From positions 57,837 through 121,836 of the forward strand of contig JBAZSW010000005.1 of the NCBI GenBank assembly GCA_041662245.1: DNA of 64,000 nucleotides, in the 5' to 3' direction. A program made the position numbers and the translations under genes. Of the stretch, positions 1 to 9,623 are shown piece by piece. The notes under the pieces were generated by a model. That model was not told the origin of the DNA. It saw only the letters and a program-made list of their open reading frames with translations, and did no database searches. Each line of letters begins with the position of its first letter. Within the stretch, counting starts at the first letter, position 1. The stretch is from Parcubacteria group bacterium. Its GTDB lineage: Bacteria > Patescibacteriota > Minisyncoccia > Moranbacterales > UBA9337.

Positions 1-1326
1 GTGATTCCGATTATTTCGGGTTGCGCTGAAAGCAAGTCCCAAAAATACGCAGTTGACCTAGAAATTTGGGGAAGTTTTGATGACACAGGAGATTTCTCAG
101 AGATAATTGGAGAATTTAAAAAAGCTAATCCATTTGTAGATAATATAATTTATAAAAAAGTACCTGTGGATAGTTATGAAAATGAATTAATTAACGCAAT
201 GGCTTCTGGCAATGGTCCTGATATATTTTTGATTAACAATGCTTGGATGCCTCGTTATGAAGATAAAGTAGCGCCAGCTCCTGATTACATTCTCAATGAA
301 AAAGATTATCGATCCAACTTTATCGATATTGCTGCTAATGATTTTATCGGAAAGCAGGGAGAGGTATATGGAACGCCACTTAGTGTTGATTCTCTGGCCT
401 TATACTATAATAAAGATTTATTTAATGCAGCAGGAATAACTAATCCTCCTGCCACTTGGAGTGAGCTATTGGATGATAGCAAAAAAATTACAAAATTGGA
501 CGATGTGAGTGAGATAAAAAAGTCAGGAATAGCGATGGGTACAGTTGAAAACATAAACCGATCGACAGATATCATTGATCTATTATTGTTTCAAAATGGA
601 GCACAGTTGCCAACTAAAAATAGCATTGGCTTTAAGCCTGATTATGAAATAGGAAAAAATGTTTTAGAATTTTATACTCAATTTGCGAAATTTAGTTCCC
701 CCGCTTATACTTGGAATAAAAATATGCATTATTCTATCGATGCATTTTATGAGGGAGATTTGGGTATGATGATAAATTATTCTTGGCATATTGATACTAT
801 AAAAAATAAAAATGCAAAATTGGATTTTGGTATTGCGCCTATTCCACAAATATCCAAAGATAGACCAGTTAATTATGCTAATTATTGGTCTTTTGTGGTT
901 AATAAAAATAAACAAATAAAACAAAAGACAAATGCAACTGCCATAACTAATGATATGCGAGTTCAGGAGGCTTGGCAGTTTTTGAAATTTTTAACTTGTA
1001 AAAATGAGGGCAAATTTACAGCTGTTAATTTTATAACAAAAAATAAGAAAGATTATGTGGTTAAAATAGACCCCGCCAGTTTATACATAGAAAATACTAA
1101 AAAACCAGCAGCTAGAAGAGATTTAATTGAAAAACAAAAAAATAATCCTCTCTTGAGTCCATTTGTTTACGGTAATCTAATAACTAAATCATGGTATAAG
1201 AAAAACTCTAATGCTATTGAAGGTATTTGGGCGGAAGTTGTGGGAGACATAAATAAAGGAGATATTACAGAAGCGCAGGCCTTTCATTTGGTGGACTATA
1301 GGATAAAGCAAGTGAATGTGGAATAA
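1..1326 (+). CDS. Extracellular solute-binding protein (sugar ABC type), probably 5'-truncated at window edge
   Basis: ASGNGPDIF, LALYYNKDLF and PPATWSEL motifs of SBP_bac_1/8 proteins. Confidence 0.85.
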   Translation: MIPIISGCAESKSQKYAVDLEIWGSFDDTGDFSEIIGEFKKANPFVDNIIYKKVPVDSYENELINAMASGNGPDIFLINNAWMPRYEDKVAPAPDYILNEKDYRSNFIDIAANDFIGKQGEVYGTPLSVDSLALYYNKDLFNAAGITNPPATWSELLDDSKKITKLDDVSEIKKSGIAMGTVENINRSTDIIDLLLFQNGAQLPTKNSIGFKPDYEIGKNVLEFYTQFAKFSSPAYTWNKNMHYSIDAFYEGDLGMMINYSWHIDTIKNKNAKLDFGIAPIPQISKDRPVNYANYWSFVVNKNKQIKQKTNATAITNDMRVQEAWQFLKFLTCKNEGKFTAVNFITKNKKDYVVKIDPASLYIENTKKPAARRDLIEKQKNNPLLSPFVYGNLITKSWYKKNSNAIEGIWAEVVGDINKGDITEAQAFHLVDYRIKQVNVE

Positions 1327-1363
1327 TATGAGATTATAATTGATGATTAAATATATTTTAATC

Positions 1364-1806
1364 AATGAAACCAAAAACAAATAAAAAAATATTCTTTCTT
1401 TTAGCATTGTTTTTTTTAACTTTTGCTTTTCAAATTCAAGCAGCCGATACAAATACCGGATTAGTTCCTTGTGGTCTTGATTCCACTTATGCAAATAGAT
1501 GCACCCTATGTCATTTAATCGTAGGAATTAGAGATATTATTGATTGGGGAAAAACTATTTTAATTGTTGTGGCCTTAGTGGCTATTGTTGCAGGAGCCAT
1601 AATGTACATAGTTAGTGCTGGAAATAATACTTTAATGGAAGCAGCTAAAAATGTTATCAAACAAGCTCTTTGGGGCGTCGTTATAGTTTTAGGAGCATGG
1701 GTAATTGTTAACACTGCCCTATGGTTGATAACTTCCAAGCTAAATGATTCTGGATCTAGCAGTCAGAAATTTTTAGATATTTCCAGTTGGAATGATTTTC
1801 AATGTA
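1364..1806 (+). repeat. 443-bp exact direct repeat, copy 1 (copy 2 at 2444-2886)
   Basis: Line-by-line identity at offset 1080. Confidence 0.95.
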
Positions 1807-2441
1807 CGGGGGGAGGAACTACTCCGGGAACAGTTGACCCAGTTAGCAAGCCTCTTAATGCAGATGGTTCCTGCCCAAGTGGTTATCACAAATCGTCTAG
1901 CGGTACGTTGTGTATAGAGGATGATAAAGTCACCAACCCAGACATTGTAGATCCAGATACCACAGATCCAGATACTACTAATCCAGATGTCACCAACCCA
2001 GATGTTATTAATCCTGATACTGCAGCTAACGATGTGAGTAAATTAGATGAAGATGGAACCAGAAGTTATTTGAACGATCATGGGATAACTGTAAATAAAG
2101 GAGCTTGCACTGCAGGGCAAACCAGTGGTTGCACGGATACTGACGGGCTAAGAGAGAATACTATAAACGGTGTTGTTCTTTTTAAGGAAGAATGTGGTGC
2201 TAGTTGCAATGTTGTCGTAACAGGTGGATCAGAAGGAAATGGAATACATAGCGAGAGGGGAACTTATAACCATATTAACGGATATAAAGTAGATATAAGA
2301 ACAGGTGAGGCTGTGGATAACTATATCACTAACAATTATACAAAAATTCCTACTCGAAGTGATGGAGCAACAGGTTATATCGATAGCTCTGGAAATAAAT
2401 ATTATAAAGAAGGAGATCACTGGGACATAACTTATATTTAG
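1365..2441 (+). CDS. Pilin-domain (TrbC/VirB2-like) membrane protein with P/D/T linker and C-terminal putative Zn peptidase (M15/LAS-like)
   Basis: Pilin hairpin GAIMYIVSAGN..AAKNVIKQALWG; C-terminal H-x6-D (HINGYKVD) and HWD. Confidence 0.7.
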   Translation: MKPKTNKKIFFLLALFFLTFAFQIQAADTNTGLVPCGLDSTYANRCTLCHLIVGIRDIIDWGKTILIVVALVAIVAGAIMYIVSAGNNTLMEAAKNVIKQALWGVVIVLGAWVIVNTALWLITSKLNDSGSSSQKFLDISSWNDFQCTGGGTTPGTVDPVSKPLNADGSCPSGYHKSSSGTLCIEDDKVTNPDIVDPDTTDPDTTNPDVTNPDVINPDTAANDVSKLDEDGTRSYLNDHGITVNKGACTAGQTSGCTDTDGLRENTINGVVLFKEECGASCNVVVTGGSEGNGIHSERGTYNHINGYKVDIRTGEAVDNYITNNYTKIPTRSDGATGYIDSSGNKYYKEGDHWDITYI

Positions 2442-2443
2442 AA

Positions 2444-2886
2444 AATGAAACCAAAAACAAATAAAAAAATATTCTTTCTTTTAGCATTGTTTTTTTTAAC
2501 TTTTGCTTTTCAAATTCAAGCAGCCGATACAAATACCGGATTAGTTCCTTGTGGTCTTGATTCCACTTATGCAAATAGATGCACCCTATGTCATTTAATC
2601 GTAGGAATTAGAGATATTATTGATTGGGGAAAAACTATTTTAATTGTTGTGGCCTTAGTGGCTATTGTTGCAGGAGCCATAATGTACATAGTTAGTGCTG
2701 GAAATAATACTTTAATGGAAGCAGCTAAAAATGTTATCAAACAAGCTCTTTGGGGCGTCGTTATAGTTTTAGGAGCATGGGTAATTGTTAACACTGCCCT
2801 ATGGTTGATAACTTCCAAGCTAAATGATTCTGGATCTAGCAGTCAGAAATTTTTAGATATTTCCAGTTGGAATGATTTTCAATGTA
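2444..2886 (+). repeat. 443-bp exact direct repeat, copy 2
   Basis: Identical to 1364-1806. Confidence 0.95.
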
Positions 2887-3560
2887 AGGGGGGAGGAGGT
2901 GGCACTTCCACATCAACATCAACTTCAACTTCTACCTCCACATCTACTTCCACATCAACTTCAACTTCTACCTCCACATCTCCCGGAACGGGTACTATCC
3001 CTGATGCTTGCAAAAAATATGAAAGTGACTTCAGCAGTGCTGCAGGTGGAGATAATAATTTAAAATGTTTAATGATTGGAATAGCTAATAGTGAAAGTAA
3101 TTGCAACCCAAATATAGGCAACAGTTCAGCAGGCGCTTGTGGGATGATGCAAATTGTTCCTACCAGTGGAGTGGATTGTAATGAGTTAAGGAGTAATCCG
3201 CAGTCAAGTATTACAAGGGCTACTAGTATGATAAATAGTAATAAAAGTACGCTTGGTAGCAGGTATAGTTCAACTTTTGATATAGGAAATAGTAGTGGAC
3301 TAAGTGGTAAAAGTGTAACTTACGGAAATCATACTTATGATACAGGCAATGATGATCTAATTGCTTCTTATAATGGAGGAACAGGATCAGGAATTAATAG
3401 TAATGGAACTAAGCAACCCTTTGCTAAATCAACGGATTGTCCCACGACCAATCCAGCCACTCCCGCTTGGCAATGCAATATTAATCCGGTGGGTTTTAAT
3501 AAGACTCAGGATTATGTAAAATCAGTGCAAGACACTCAGAAAAAATGTTTGGGCAATTAG
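2445..3560 (+). CDS. Pilin-domain protein with (TS)n linker and C-terminal lytic transglycosylase (SLT-like) domain
   Basis: Same N-terminus as previous gene; IANSESNCNP (catalytic ES), GACGMMQI and LIASYNGG motifs. Confidence 0.75.
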   Translation: MKPKTNKKIFFLLALFFLTFAFQIQAADTNTGLVPCGLDSTYANRCTLCHLIVGIRDIIDWGKTILIVVALVAIVAGAIMYIVSAGNNTLMEAAKNVIKQALWGVVIVLGAWVIVNTALWLITSKLNDSGSSSQKFLDISSWNDFQCKGGGGGTSTSTSTSTSTSTSTSTSTSTSTSTSPGTGTIPDACKKYESDFSSAAGGDNNLKCLMIGIANSESNCNPNIGNSSAGACGMMQIVPTSGVDCNELRSNPQSSITRATSMINSNKSTLGSRYSSTFDIGNSSGLSGKSVTYGNHTYDTGNDDLIASYNGGTGSGINSNGTKQPFAKSTDCPTTNPATPAWQCNINPVGFNKTQDYVKSVQDTQKKCLGN

Positions 3561-3594
3561 TAAAAAATAAGTTTGTGTGTTAAAATAAATTTAT

Positions 3595-3867
3595 ATGAAA
3601 ATAATAGAAATCGCTAAGGCAGGAGCAATTGAAGATGCCCCAACATTTTCTCAAATAGGGGGAAGTATAGTTAGTTTTATGTTGCAGGTTTTGGGAATTT
3701 TTGCTATAATAGGTTTGACGGTTACTGCTATCTTATATTTTACAGCAGGAGGGAATGAAGAAAGAATTAAGCTAGCTAAAAAATCATTTTTTTATTCTGT
3801 AGTGGGGATACTTATAGCCTTAGGTACGATGTTATTTTTATCACAGATCAAAAATTTTTTACAATAA
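3595..3867 (+). CDS. TrbC/VirB2-like pilin
   Basis: Two hydrophobic helices around LYFTAGGNEERIKLAKK. Confidence 0.8.
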   Translation: MKIIEIAKAGAIEDAPTFSQIGGSIVSFMLQVLGIFAIIGLTVTAILYFTAGGNEERIKLAKKSFFYSVVGILIALGTMLFLSQIKNFLQ

Positions 3868-3915
3868 ATATATAAAAAAATAAAATAGAAATTTTCTTTG
3901 AAAGGAGGTGAGCTT

Positions 3916-4269
3916 ATGAAAACAAAAATAAAAAAAATAGTTTATTCAATTTCCTCTCTCGGTTTAGTAGCCCCTGTTATGATTCTTGCTTACACACCGC
4001 CATCTGATACAACTCTTCCAGAGGGAAGCATTACTGCTATCGTCAAACAATTTATGACTTGGATTTTAGGAATGGTGGGATTCTTAGGAGTAATTGGCTT
4101 TGCTATTGCTGGAATTCTTTATCTTACTTCTGCTGGTGATGAAGATAGAATTGGAACAGCTAAAAAGGCAATGACTTGGTCAATTGTCGGTGTAATCGTA
4201 GCTCTTTTGGGAGTAGTGATTATTAAAGCGGCTGATTCTATGCTTAAGGGAACATCTTCTGAGTTCTAA
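3916..4269 (+). CDS. TrbC/VirB2-like pilin
   Basis: GILYLTSAGDEDRIGTAKKAMTWSIVG; SD AAGGAGGTGA before ATG 3916. Confidence 0.85.
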   Translation: MKTKIKKIVYSISSLGLVAPVMILAYTPPSDTTLPEGSITAIVKQFMTWILGMVGFLGVIGFAIAGILYLTSAGDEDRIGTAKKAMTWSIVGVIVALLGVVIIKAADSMLKGTSSEF

Positions 4270-4343
4270 TTTTACATAAAATTAAAAATGGGGTTATTTT
4301 GATTATTTTATTTTTTTAAAATAACCCCGCTAAAAAAAATAAA

Positions 4344-4700
4344 ATGAAAAAAATAATTTATGGTTTGATGTCAGCGGCCTTGGTACTTCCTAGTTTTGCT
4401 TTGGGTCAATGGAGTGAGGGATATAATATGGCTTCTAGCTCAGGTGTGCCAGATGGAGGAATATTGGACATAGTAACTAATATAATGGATTGGCTTCTGA
4501 TACTTTTGGGAATATTTGGAATAATTGGTTTTGTTATTTCTGGTATTCTTTATTTGACAGCAGCAGGAGATGATGATCGAATGGCATCAGCTAAAAAAGC
4601 GATGTATTGGTCTATTTTGGGGGTAATCGTAGGAATAGTAGGGTTTGTAGTTATCAAAGCAGCCGATGCTATGCTTAGTGGAACTAGTTCTACTTTTTAA
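4344..4700 (+). CDS. TrbC/VirB2-like pilin
   Basis: Signal peptide plus GILYLTAAGDDDRMASAKK. Confidence 0.85.
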   Translation: MKKIIYGLMSAALVLPSFALGQWSEGYNMASSSGVPDGGILDIVTNIMDWLLILLGIFGIIGFVISGILYLTAAGDDDRMASAKKAMYWSILGVIVGIVGFVVIKAADAMLSGTSSTF

Positions 4701-4722
4701 TATTTTATAAAAAAAGTAAAAT

Positions 4723-5067
4723 ATGAAAAAAACATTATCAAAATTTTTGGTATTGGGGCTATTTTTCCCTCTCATAACTTTGGCACAATGGACTAAGCCT
4801 ACCACGACTGGTTTACCGTCAAATACGATAAGTGCAATAGTAACCAATATAATGAATTGGCTTTTGATACTGTTAGGAGCTTTTGGAATAATTGGTTTCG
4901 TTGTTTCTGGAATTCTTTATTTGACAGCGGCAGGAAGAGATGACCAAATGGAATCAGCTAAAAAGGCAATGACTTGGTCTATTATTGGTGTGATTGTGGG
5001 TTTAATTGGACTGGTCATTATTACAGCAGCCGAAGCGATGCTGGGTGCAACTAGCGCTAGGTTTTAA
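4723..5067 (+). CDS. TrbC/VirB2-like pilin
   Basis: GILYLTAAGRDDQMESAKK. Confidence 0.85.
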   Translation: MKKTLSKFLVLGLFFPLITLAQWTKPTTTGLPSNTISAIVTNIMNWLLILLGAFGIIGFVVSGILYLTAAGRDDQMESAKKAMTWSIIGVIVGLIGLVIITAAEAMLGATSARF

Positions 5068-5108
5068 AGATTTCTACGAAATTTGTTTATTTTTTTACAC
5101 TTTAAATT

Positions 5109-5462
5109 ATGATGATTAAAAAGACATCATTAAAAATATTTAGTTTTTTTGTTTTAACGCTGCCAATGTTAGTGTCGGCTCAATACACAGCGCCAAAAGA
5201 CACGAAACTTCCCACAGGAGAATTAGCCACTATTATAACTAATATAATGAATTGGCTACTGGTAATTTTGGGAGTAATTGGAGTAATTGGTTTTGTTATT
5301 GCAGGAATTTTTTATTTAACAGCGGCGGGAAATGATGATCAAATAAGTACAGCTAAAAAGGCGATGACTTGGTCGGTTGTGGGGGTAATTGTGGGGTTAG
5401 TAGGTTTGGTAATTATTACAGCTGTTGAAACAATGTTGGGCGGGACTGATCCTAAATTTTAA
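5109..5462 (+). CDS. TrbC/VirB2-like pilin
   Basis: GIFYLTAAGNDDQISTAKK. Confidence 0.85.
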   Translation: MMIKKTSLKIFSFFVLTLPMLVSAQYTAPKDTKLPTGELATIITNIMNWLLVILGVIGVIGFVIAGIFYLTAAGNDDQISTAKKAMTWSVVGVIVGLVGLVIITAVETMLGGTDPKF

Positions 5463-5475
5463 TTTTAATTAATAT

Positions 5476-5874
5476 ATGAAAAATAAATTTGCTATATTTT
5501 TTTTATTGCTAGGATTGGTTTTTTTTGCTGGAAAAGTTTTAGCTGTGACTTGTCCCAGCTCAGGGAGTTGGGATAGTTCGTCGGGAGTCTGCATTCCTAA
5601 TAATACTGGATTACCTTCTCCAGGAGGAGATAGCCCTTTGGCAACTGTAATTAATAATGTAATGAAGTGGCTGCTTCTTATAGTAGGATCTATAGCTATC
5701 ATTGCTTTTGTGATTTCGGGTATTCAATATTTAACTTCTGCGGGAGATCAAAATGCAATTGAAAACGCCAAACGAAATATGTGGTGGTCGATTGTGGGAG
5801 TAGTAGTTGCTCTAATAGGGATGATAATTCTTAATTTTGTTTTTACGACTATTTTGGGTGGGTCTTCTTCGTAA
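5476..5874 (+). CDS. TrbC/VirB2-like pilin with N-terminal Cys loop
   Basis: CPSSG..GVC; GIQYLTSAGDQNAIENAKR. Confidence 0.85.
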   Translation: MKNKFAIFFLLLGLVFFAGKVLAVTCPSSGSWDSSSGVCIPNNTGLPSPGGDSPLATVINNVMKWLLLIVGSIAIIAFVISGIQYLTSAGDQNAIENAKRNMWWSIVGVVVALIGMIILNFVFTTILGGSSS

Positions 5875-5928
5875 AGTTAATTAATCTGAATTTAAGTTTA
5901 TTTTAAATAATATAAATAAAATATTAAA

Positions 5929-6564
5929 ATGAAAATTTTAAATTTTAAAAAAATAATAGCCAGTTTTCTGATGAGTATTTTTATATTTTGTGGTTCCTTT
6001 AATTTAGCTTTAGCGGCTTGTGCTACAGGAACTACGGCTAGTGGAAATATTTGTTTTGAAAACCCTTTGTCTTATAATACCGTAGATGGAATTTTAAGCG
6101 CGCTTCTTATTCATTTACAGGGGATAATCGTGGTAATTTCGATGGTTTTTATTGTGATCGGAGCTATCCTTTATATGACTTCAGCTGGAGATGAAGGAAA
6201 AATGAAAATAGCTAAAGGAGCAATTTTTGCGGCGGTGATCGGACTGGCGATTGGAATCGCGGCGCCATCATTTTTAAAAGAAATTTATACTGCCTTAGGA
6301 AAAAGTACTAGTGATAGTCTTATTTCTTCTGCTCCAGATCTGGCTACAATTGCACTTAATGTCCTTAACTTTTTGCTTAGCGTTACAGGAGTGATTGGAA
6401 TTATAATGTTGGTAGCAGCAGGAATAGCCTATATGACCGCAGCTGGAAATGAAGGTCAAATTGAAACAGCTAAAAAAATGACTACTTGGGCAATTATTGG
6501 AATTGCAGTAGCTTTGGGAGCTTTGGTAATAGTTCAACAAGTGGCTAAATTTTTCTCTACATAG
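5929..6564 (+). CDS. Tandem two-domain TrbC/VirB2-like pilin
   Basis: Two copies of the YMT(S/A)AG(D/N)EG..AK motif. Confidence 0.85.
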   Translation: MKILNFKKIIASFLMSIFIFCGSFNLALAACATGTTASGNICFENPLSYNTVDGILSALLIHLQGIIVVISMVFIVIGAILYMTSAGDEGKMKIAKGAIFAAVIGLAIGIAAPSFLKEIYTALGKSTSDSLISSAPDLATIALNVLNFLLSVTGVIGIIMLVAAGIAYMTAAGNEGQIETAKKMTTWAIIGIAVALGALVIVQQVAKFFST

Positions 6565-6663
6565 AAATAGGATATTATTTAAAATCGCAAACACATTATA
6601 GGGTGTTTGTTTTTTTGTAAAATAAAAAAAGGCGGGGGCTCACAGACGTGAGCTCCCGCTTAA

Positions 6664-7809
6664 TTATTCCCGCACCTCCTTTTCGATAGTGATGGTCAAA
6701 GGATTGACCGTTGAATTTTTGAAGGCTGGCCTTCTTATCACTGAAGAATTAAATTCATCAGGTCTCATAAGGATGTTAATCCTCATTGAGAGATCCGAAT
6801 CTTTATTCATTGAAATGACGAATCCTTCTTCAGTTTTTGGAGTAATATTCTCTCCGTTATTGAGAAGGATTATGGCCCCAAAATTCATCTTCTTTTCTTG
6901 CCTGAATTCTGGTTTGCCCCCAAGGGCATTATCCCCCTGCCATGGAAATTCCGTCCATGAGTGATTACTCATGAAAAGTTGCCAGTTACCGGAAATTTTA
7001 ATCCGGTAATTTCCTTCCTCGAGTCTTTTAAGACTCAAAGGAATTTTAGCAATGCATTGGTTGTGAGCAATATCAAATTGCTCAACTTGAGAAAAGTCAA
7101 CAACCTTTTTTTCGATGACTTTCTCCCAACCGAATGTTTTTCCGTTAGGTCCCCATTCTATCATTCGAATAGGGACAAGAGCCTTGGGACTTTTCACAAA
7201 ATGACCGTGTTCATTAGATATTAACACGTAAGCCATTCCTTCGCTCCCATCATTTTGCTTTTTGCTTTCAATTCCAAGGGACATAACTTTCTGACCCTTT
7301 TTAAGAAACAGGTCTGATATTATGTTCCCATTCTCATCGTACGCCGGAGAGCTTTCTTTCATTTCTCCAAAAGTTCCGGTGTTAGACTCCGATTTCATCA
7401 TTTCTTTTTTCATTGAAATGGTGGAATCTTCGGTCCTTTTTACGAACAATTCTTTGCTACTTTTTTTGAATCCGGCGTAAGCAGGATTGTTTCTAGTGAC
7501 AAGATTGTCAATTGCAGGAAAAACTATTCCTAAAAAAACAACCTCGAAAACAAACCATACTGCCCAGATGGCGAGCAGGAAATTTCTTGCAGGCCTTATA
7601 ATGGGTATCCATATTCCCAAGGTAATCAATATAAATAGCACAAAGAAAATTTCTTTGTAAACTACTACAAATGAAAACCCAAAGATTATGCAGAAAAGAA
7701 ATAATCCCCCTAATAGTACAGGGATGATTATCCTTGTGGTAGGACCAGAAATAAAACTCCAGACGTAACCAATCAAAGCGCCGATAAAAGAAAAAATAGT
7801 TCTAAACAT
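6664..7809 (-). CDS. Hypothetical membrane-anchored protein
   Basis: 381-aa ORF, N-terminal TM helices, SD AAGGAGG. Confidence 0.75.
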   Translation of the reverse strand: MFRTIFSFIGALIGYVWSFISGPTTRIIIPVLLGGLFLFCIIFGFSFVVVYKEIFFVLFILITLGIWIPIIRPARNFLLAIWAVWFVFEVVFLGIVFPAIDNLVTRNNPAYAGFKKSSKELFVKRTEDSTISMKKEMMKSESNTGTFGEMKESSPAYDENGNIISDLFLKKGQKVMSLGIESKKQNDGSEGMAYVLISNEHGHFVKSPKALVPIRMIEWGPNGKTFGWEKVIEKKVVDFSQVEQFDIAHNQCIAKIPLSLKRLEEGNYRIKISGNWQLFMSNHSWTEFPWQGDNALGGKPEFRQEKKMNFGAIILLNNGENITPKTEEGFVISMNKDSDLSMRINILMRPDEFNSSVIRRPAFKNSTVNPLTITIEKEVRE

Positions 7810-7830
7810 AGTAAAGAGCCTCCTTGGGCA

Positions 7831-8442
7831 TTATTGTTTTTTGTTGTCTTTGAGCCACTGAGTGGCATCTTTAACCAAATCACTTAAGTCTTGAGACTCA
7901 AGCTTGGCCTTGGTACCTAATTTTCCTGCTACTTTCGCGGCGGTAGATTTTTTTTCTACTGTGATAGTGGAGAAAAAATTCTTTCTCTTTAGCCACTGTA
8001 GAATAGAACCATGGTCGCTGTGGGACATCATTCGTTTAATGAATCCCTGAGCGAGAGTGTAATTGTAAACAATCTCAACTTCCACAGGTTTTCCATTCTT
8101 TCCGCCACCAGTTTTTATTTCCTTGCTGGTGATTTTTTTGACTATTACTTCACGAATTTTTTCGGATCGTTTTTTTCCATCGGGCTGTTGCTCTTCGAGC
8201 CAACCCATAAAACTTTCGAAGGAATCTATTATTGTCTGATCCATTCCTTCAAGGGCATTATCACAAAGCACTTCGTCTCCAAGAGATTTCTCGCCGATTT
8301 CAAACATCTTTTCCACCTGTGAGGTTAATTTCTCCCCGATTTTTCTACTTCCGCTTTCAATGGCGCTGGTAAAAATGTGTCCAAAGGGGGAACTTAAAAA
8401 ACTCCATATCTTTGAAAAAAATCCGATTGTTGCAGCTGCCAT
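7831..8442 (-). CDS. Hypothetical protein
   Basis: Start placed at ATG 8442 after GAGGAG. Confidence 0.7.
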   Translation of the reverse strand: MAAATIGFFSKIWSFLSSPFGHIFTSAIESGSRKIGEKLTSQVEKMFEIGEKSLGDEVLCDNALEGMDQTIIDSFESFMGWLEEQQPDGKKRSEKIREVIVKKITSKEIKTGGGKNGKPVEVEIVYNYTLAQGFIKRMMSHSDHGSILQWLKRKNFFSTITVEKKSTAAKVAGKLGTKAKLESQDLSDLVKDATQWLKDNKKQ

Positions 8443-8651
8443 GGTAGTTCTCCTCATTAAGTTGTCAAAGAGCCTCTGGGAGGCTCCAGTTAATGTTGCC
8501 TCTGAGTCATCAGATATGCCGGTTCTTTTATGTGTTTTGGCATAAAAATGCCTAATATAGACACAAAAAGGGCAATATATTTGATGACCCTTAATACTAG
8601 CACGTTTTTGTGTTTTTGTCAACTATTTTTCGTTCCCTTTTTCTAATAATC

Positions 8652-8687
8652 TGTGTCAATTTTGTCCACGTGCGACTGGATGGACAC
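8652..8687 (+). repeat. 36-bp hairpin-containing direct repeat, copy 1
   Basis: TGTGTCAATTTTGTCCACGTGCGACTGGATGGACAC, identical at 9417-9452. Confidence 0.95.
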
Positions 8688-8787
8688 TAATTTTTATGCT
8701 ATATTAAAATTGAGAATATGAATCAATCTTGAAAATAGTTTAAAAAAAAGATAGAAAATTATTTTTTTATAAATAAAAATCAACAAT

Positions 8788-9381
8788 ATGAATATATCAA
8801 AAAATATTGAAGAATTTCGTTATTCGGATAGTTTGCCGGCGGTTGCCACCAAGATGATTTTAATGGCTGTTGCCATGGGTGGGATAGCTGTGGGTGGAGC
8901 AATTATTCCTGGGATAATTAAGGTTTTGGAAGATTTAGAATGGGGAAATAGTGATAATAAAGATTTTAGTAAGAAAGTCAGGAATTCCTTTCATTCGCTT
9001 AAGCGAAGAAAGTTTATTAAAATAATAAGAAATAAAAATGGAAAATTAAAATTGAGACTTACCAAAAGAGGGGAGAAAAAAGTGTTTGAAATTTATATAG
9101 ATAATTTAAGAATAAATCAGCCTCAAAAATGGGATAAAAACTGGCGTGTATTGATTTTTGATATACCGATTGGTTTAAATAGCGCTCGAACGGCTTTACG
9201 CAGAAAGGTTAAGGATTTGGGTTTTTATCAGTTTCAAGGAAGTGTTTGGTTTTATCCTTATCCCTGTAAAGATGAAATTTTGGCAATTGCGGAATTTTTT
9301 AAGGTTAGCGAATATGTAGAGATAATTACGGCGAATAACGTATTGCATGAAAAAGAGCTTAAAAAGCATTTTAAGCTATAA
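8788..9381 (+). CDS. PaaX-family / Cas2-like domain putative regulator
   Basis: wHTH-like region then KWDKNWRVLIFDIP..LGFYQFQGSVW. Confidence 0.8.
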   Translation: MNISKNIEEFRYSDSLPAVATKMILMAVAMGGIAVGGAIIPGIIKVLEDLEWGNSDNKDFSKKVRNSFHSLKRRKFIKIIRNKNGKLKLRLTKRGEKKVFEIYIDNLRINQPQKWDKNWRVLIFDIPIGLNSARTALRRKVKDLGFYQFQGSVWFYPYPCKDEILAIAEFFKVSEYVEIITANNVLHEKELKKHFKL

Positions 9382-9416
9382 ATTTAAAATAAGAAACTCT
9401 TTCTTGGTTATAAATT

Positions 9417-9452
9417 TGTGTCAATTTTGTCCACGTGCGACTGGATGGACAC
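9417..9452 (+). repeat. 36-bp direct repeat, copy 2
   Basis: Identical to 8652-8687. Confidence 0.95.
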
Positions 9453-9623
9453 AATTTTTGTTTAGCAGGGGATTCTATTTGATGAAGTGTTTTAATAACT
9501 CTTGAAGTTAGGCTATGTATCCTTTACATAAGCATAAACAGGTGTTAAGCTAATAATATTATAAATTAATTTTATTTGGATTCGAACCGCTATGGGGGTG
9601 GTTTCGATTTATATATTATAATC

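Noticed and set aside
8652-9452. CRISPR array or cas locus
   Set aside because: Only two repeats, separated by 729 bp containing a gene; no cas1 or effector genes in the window
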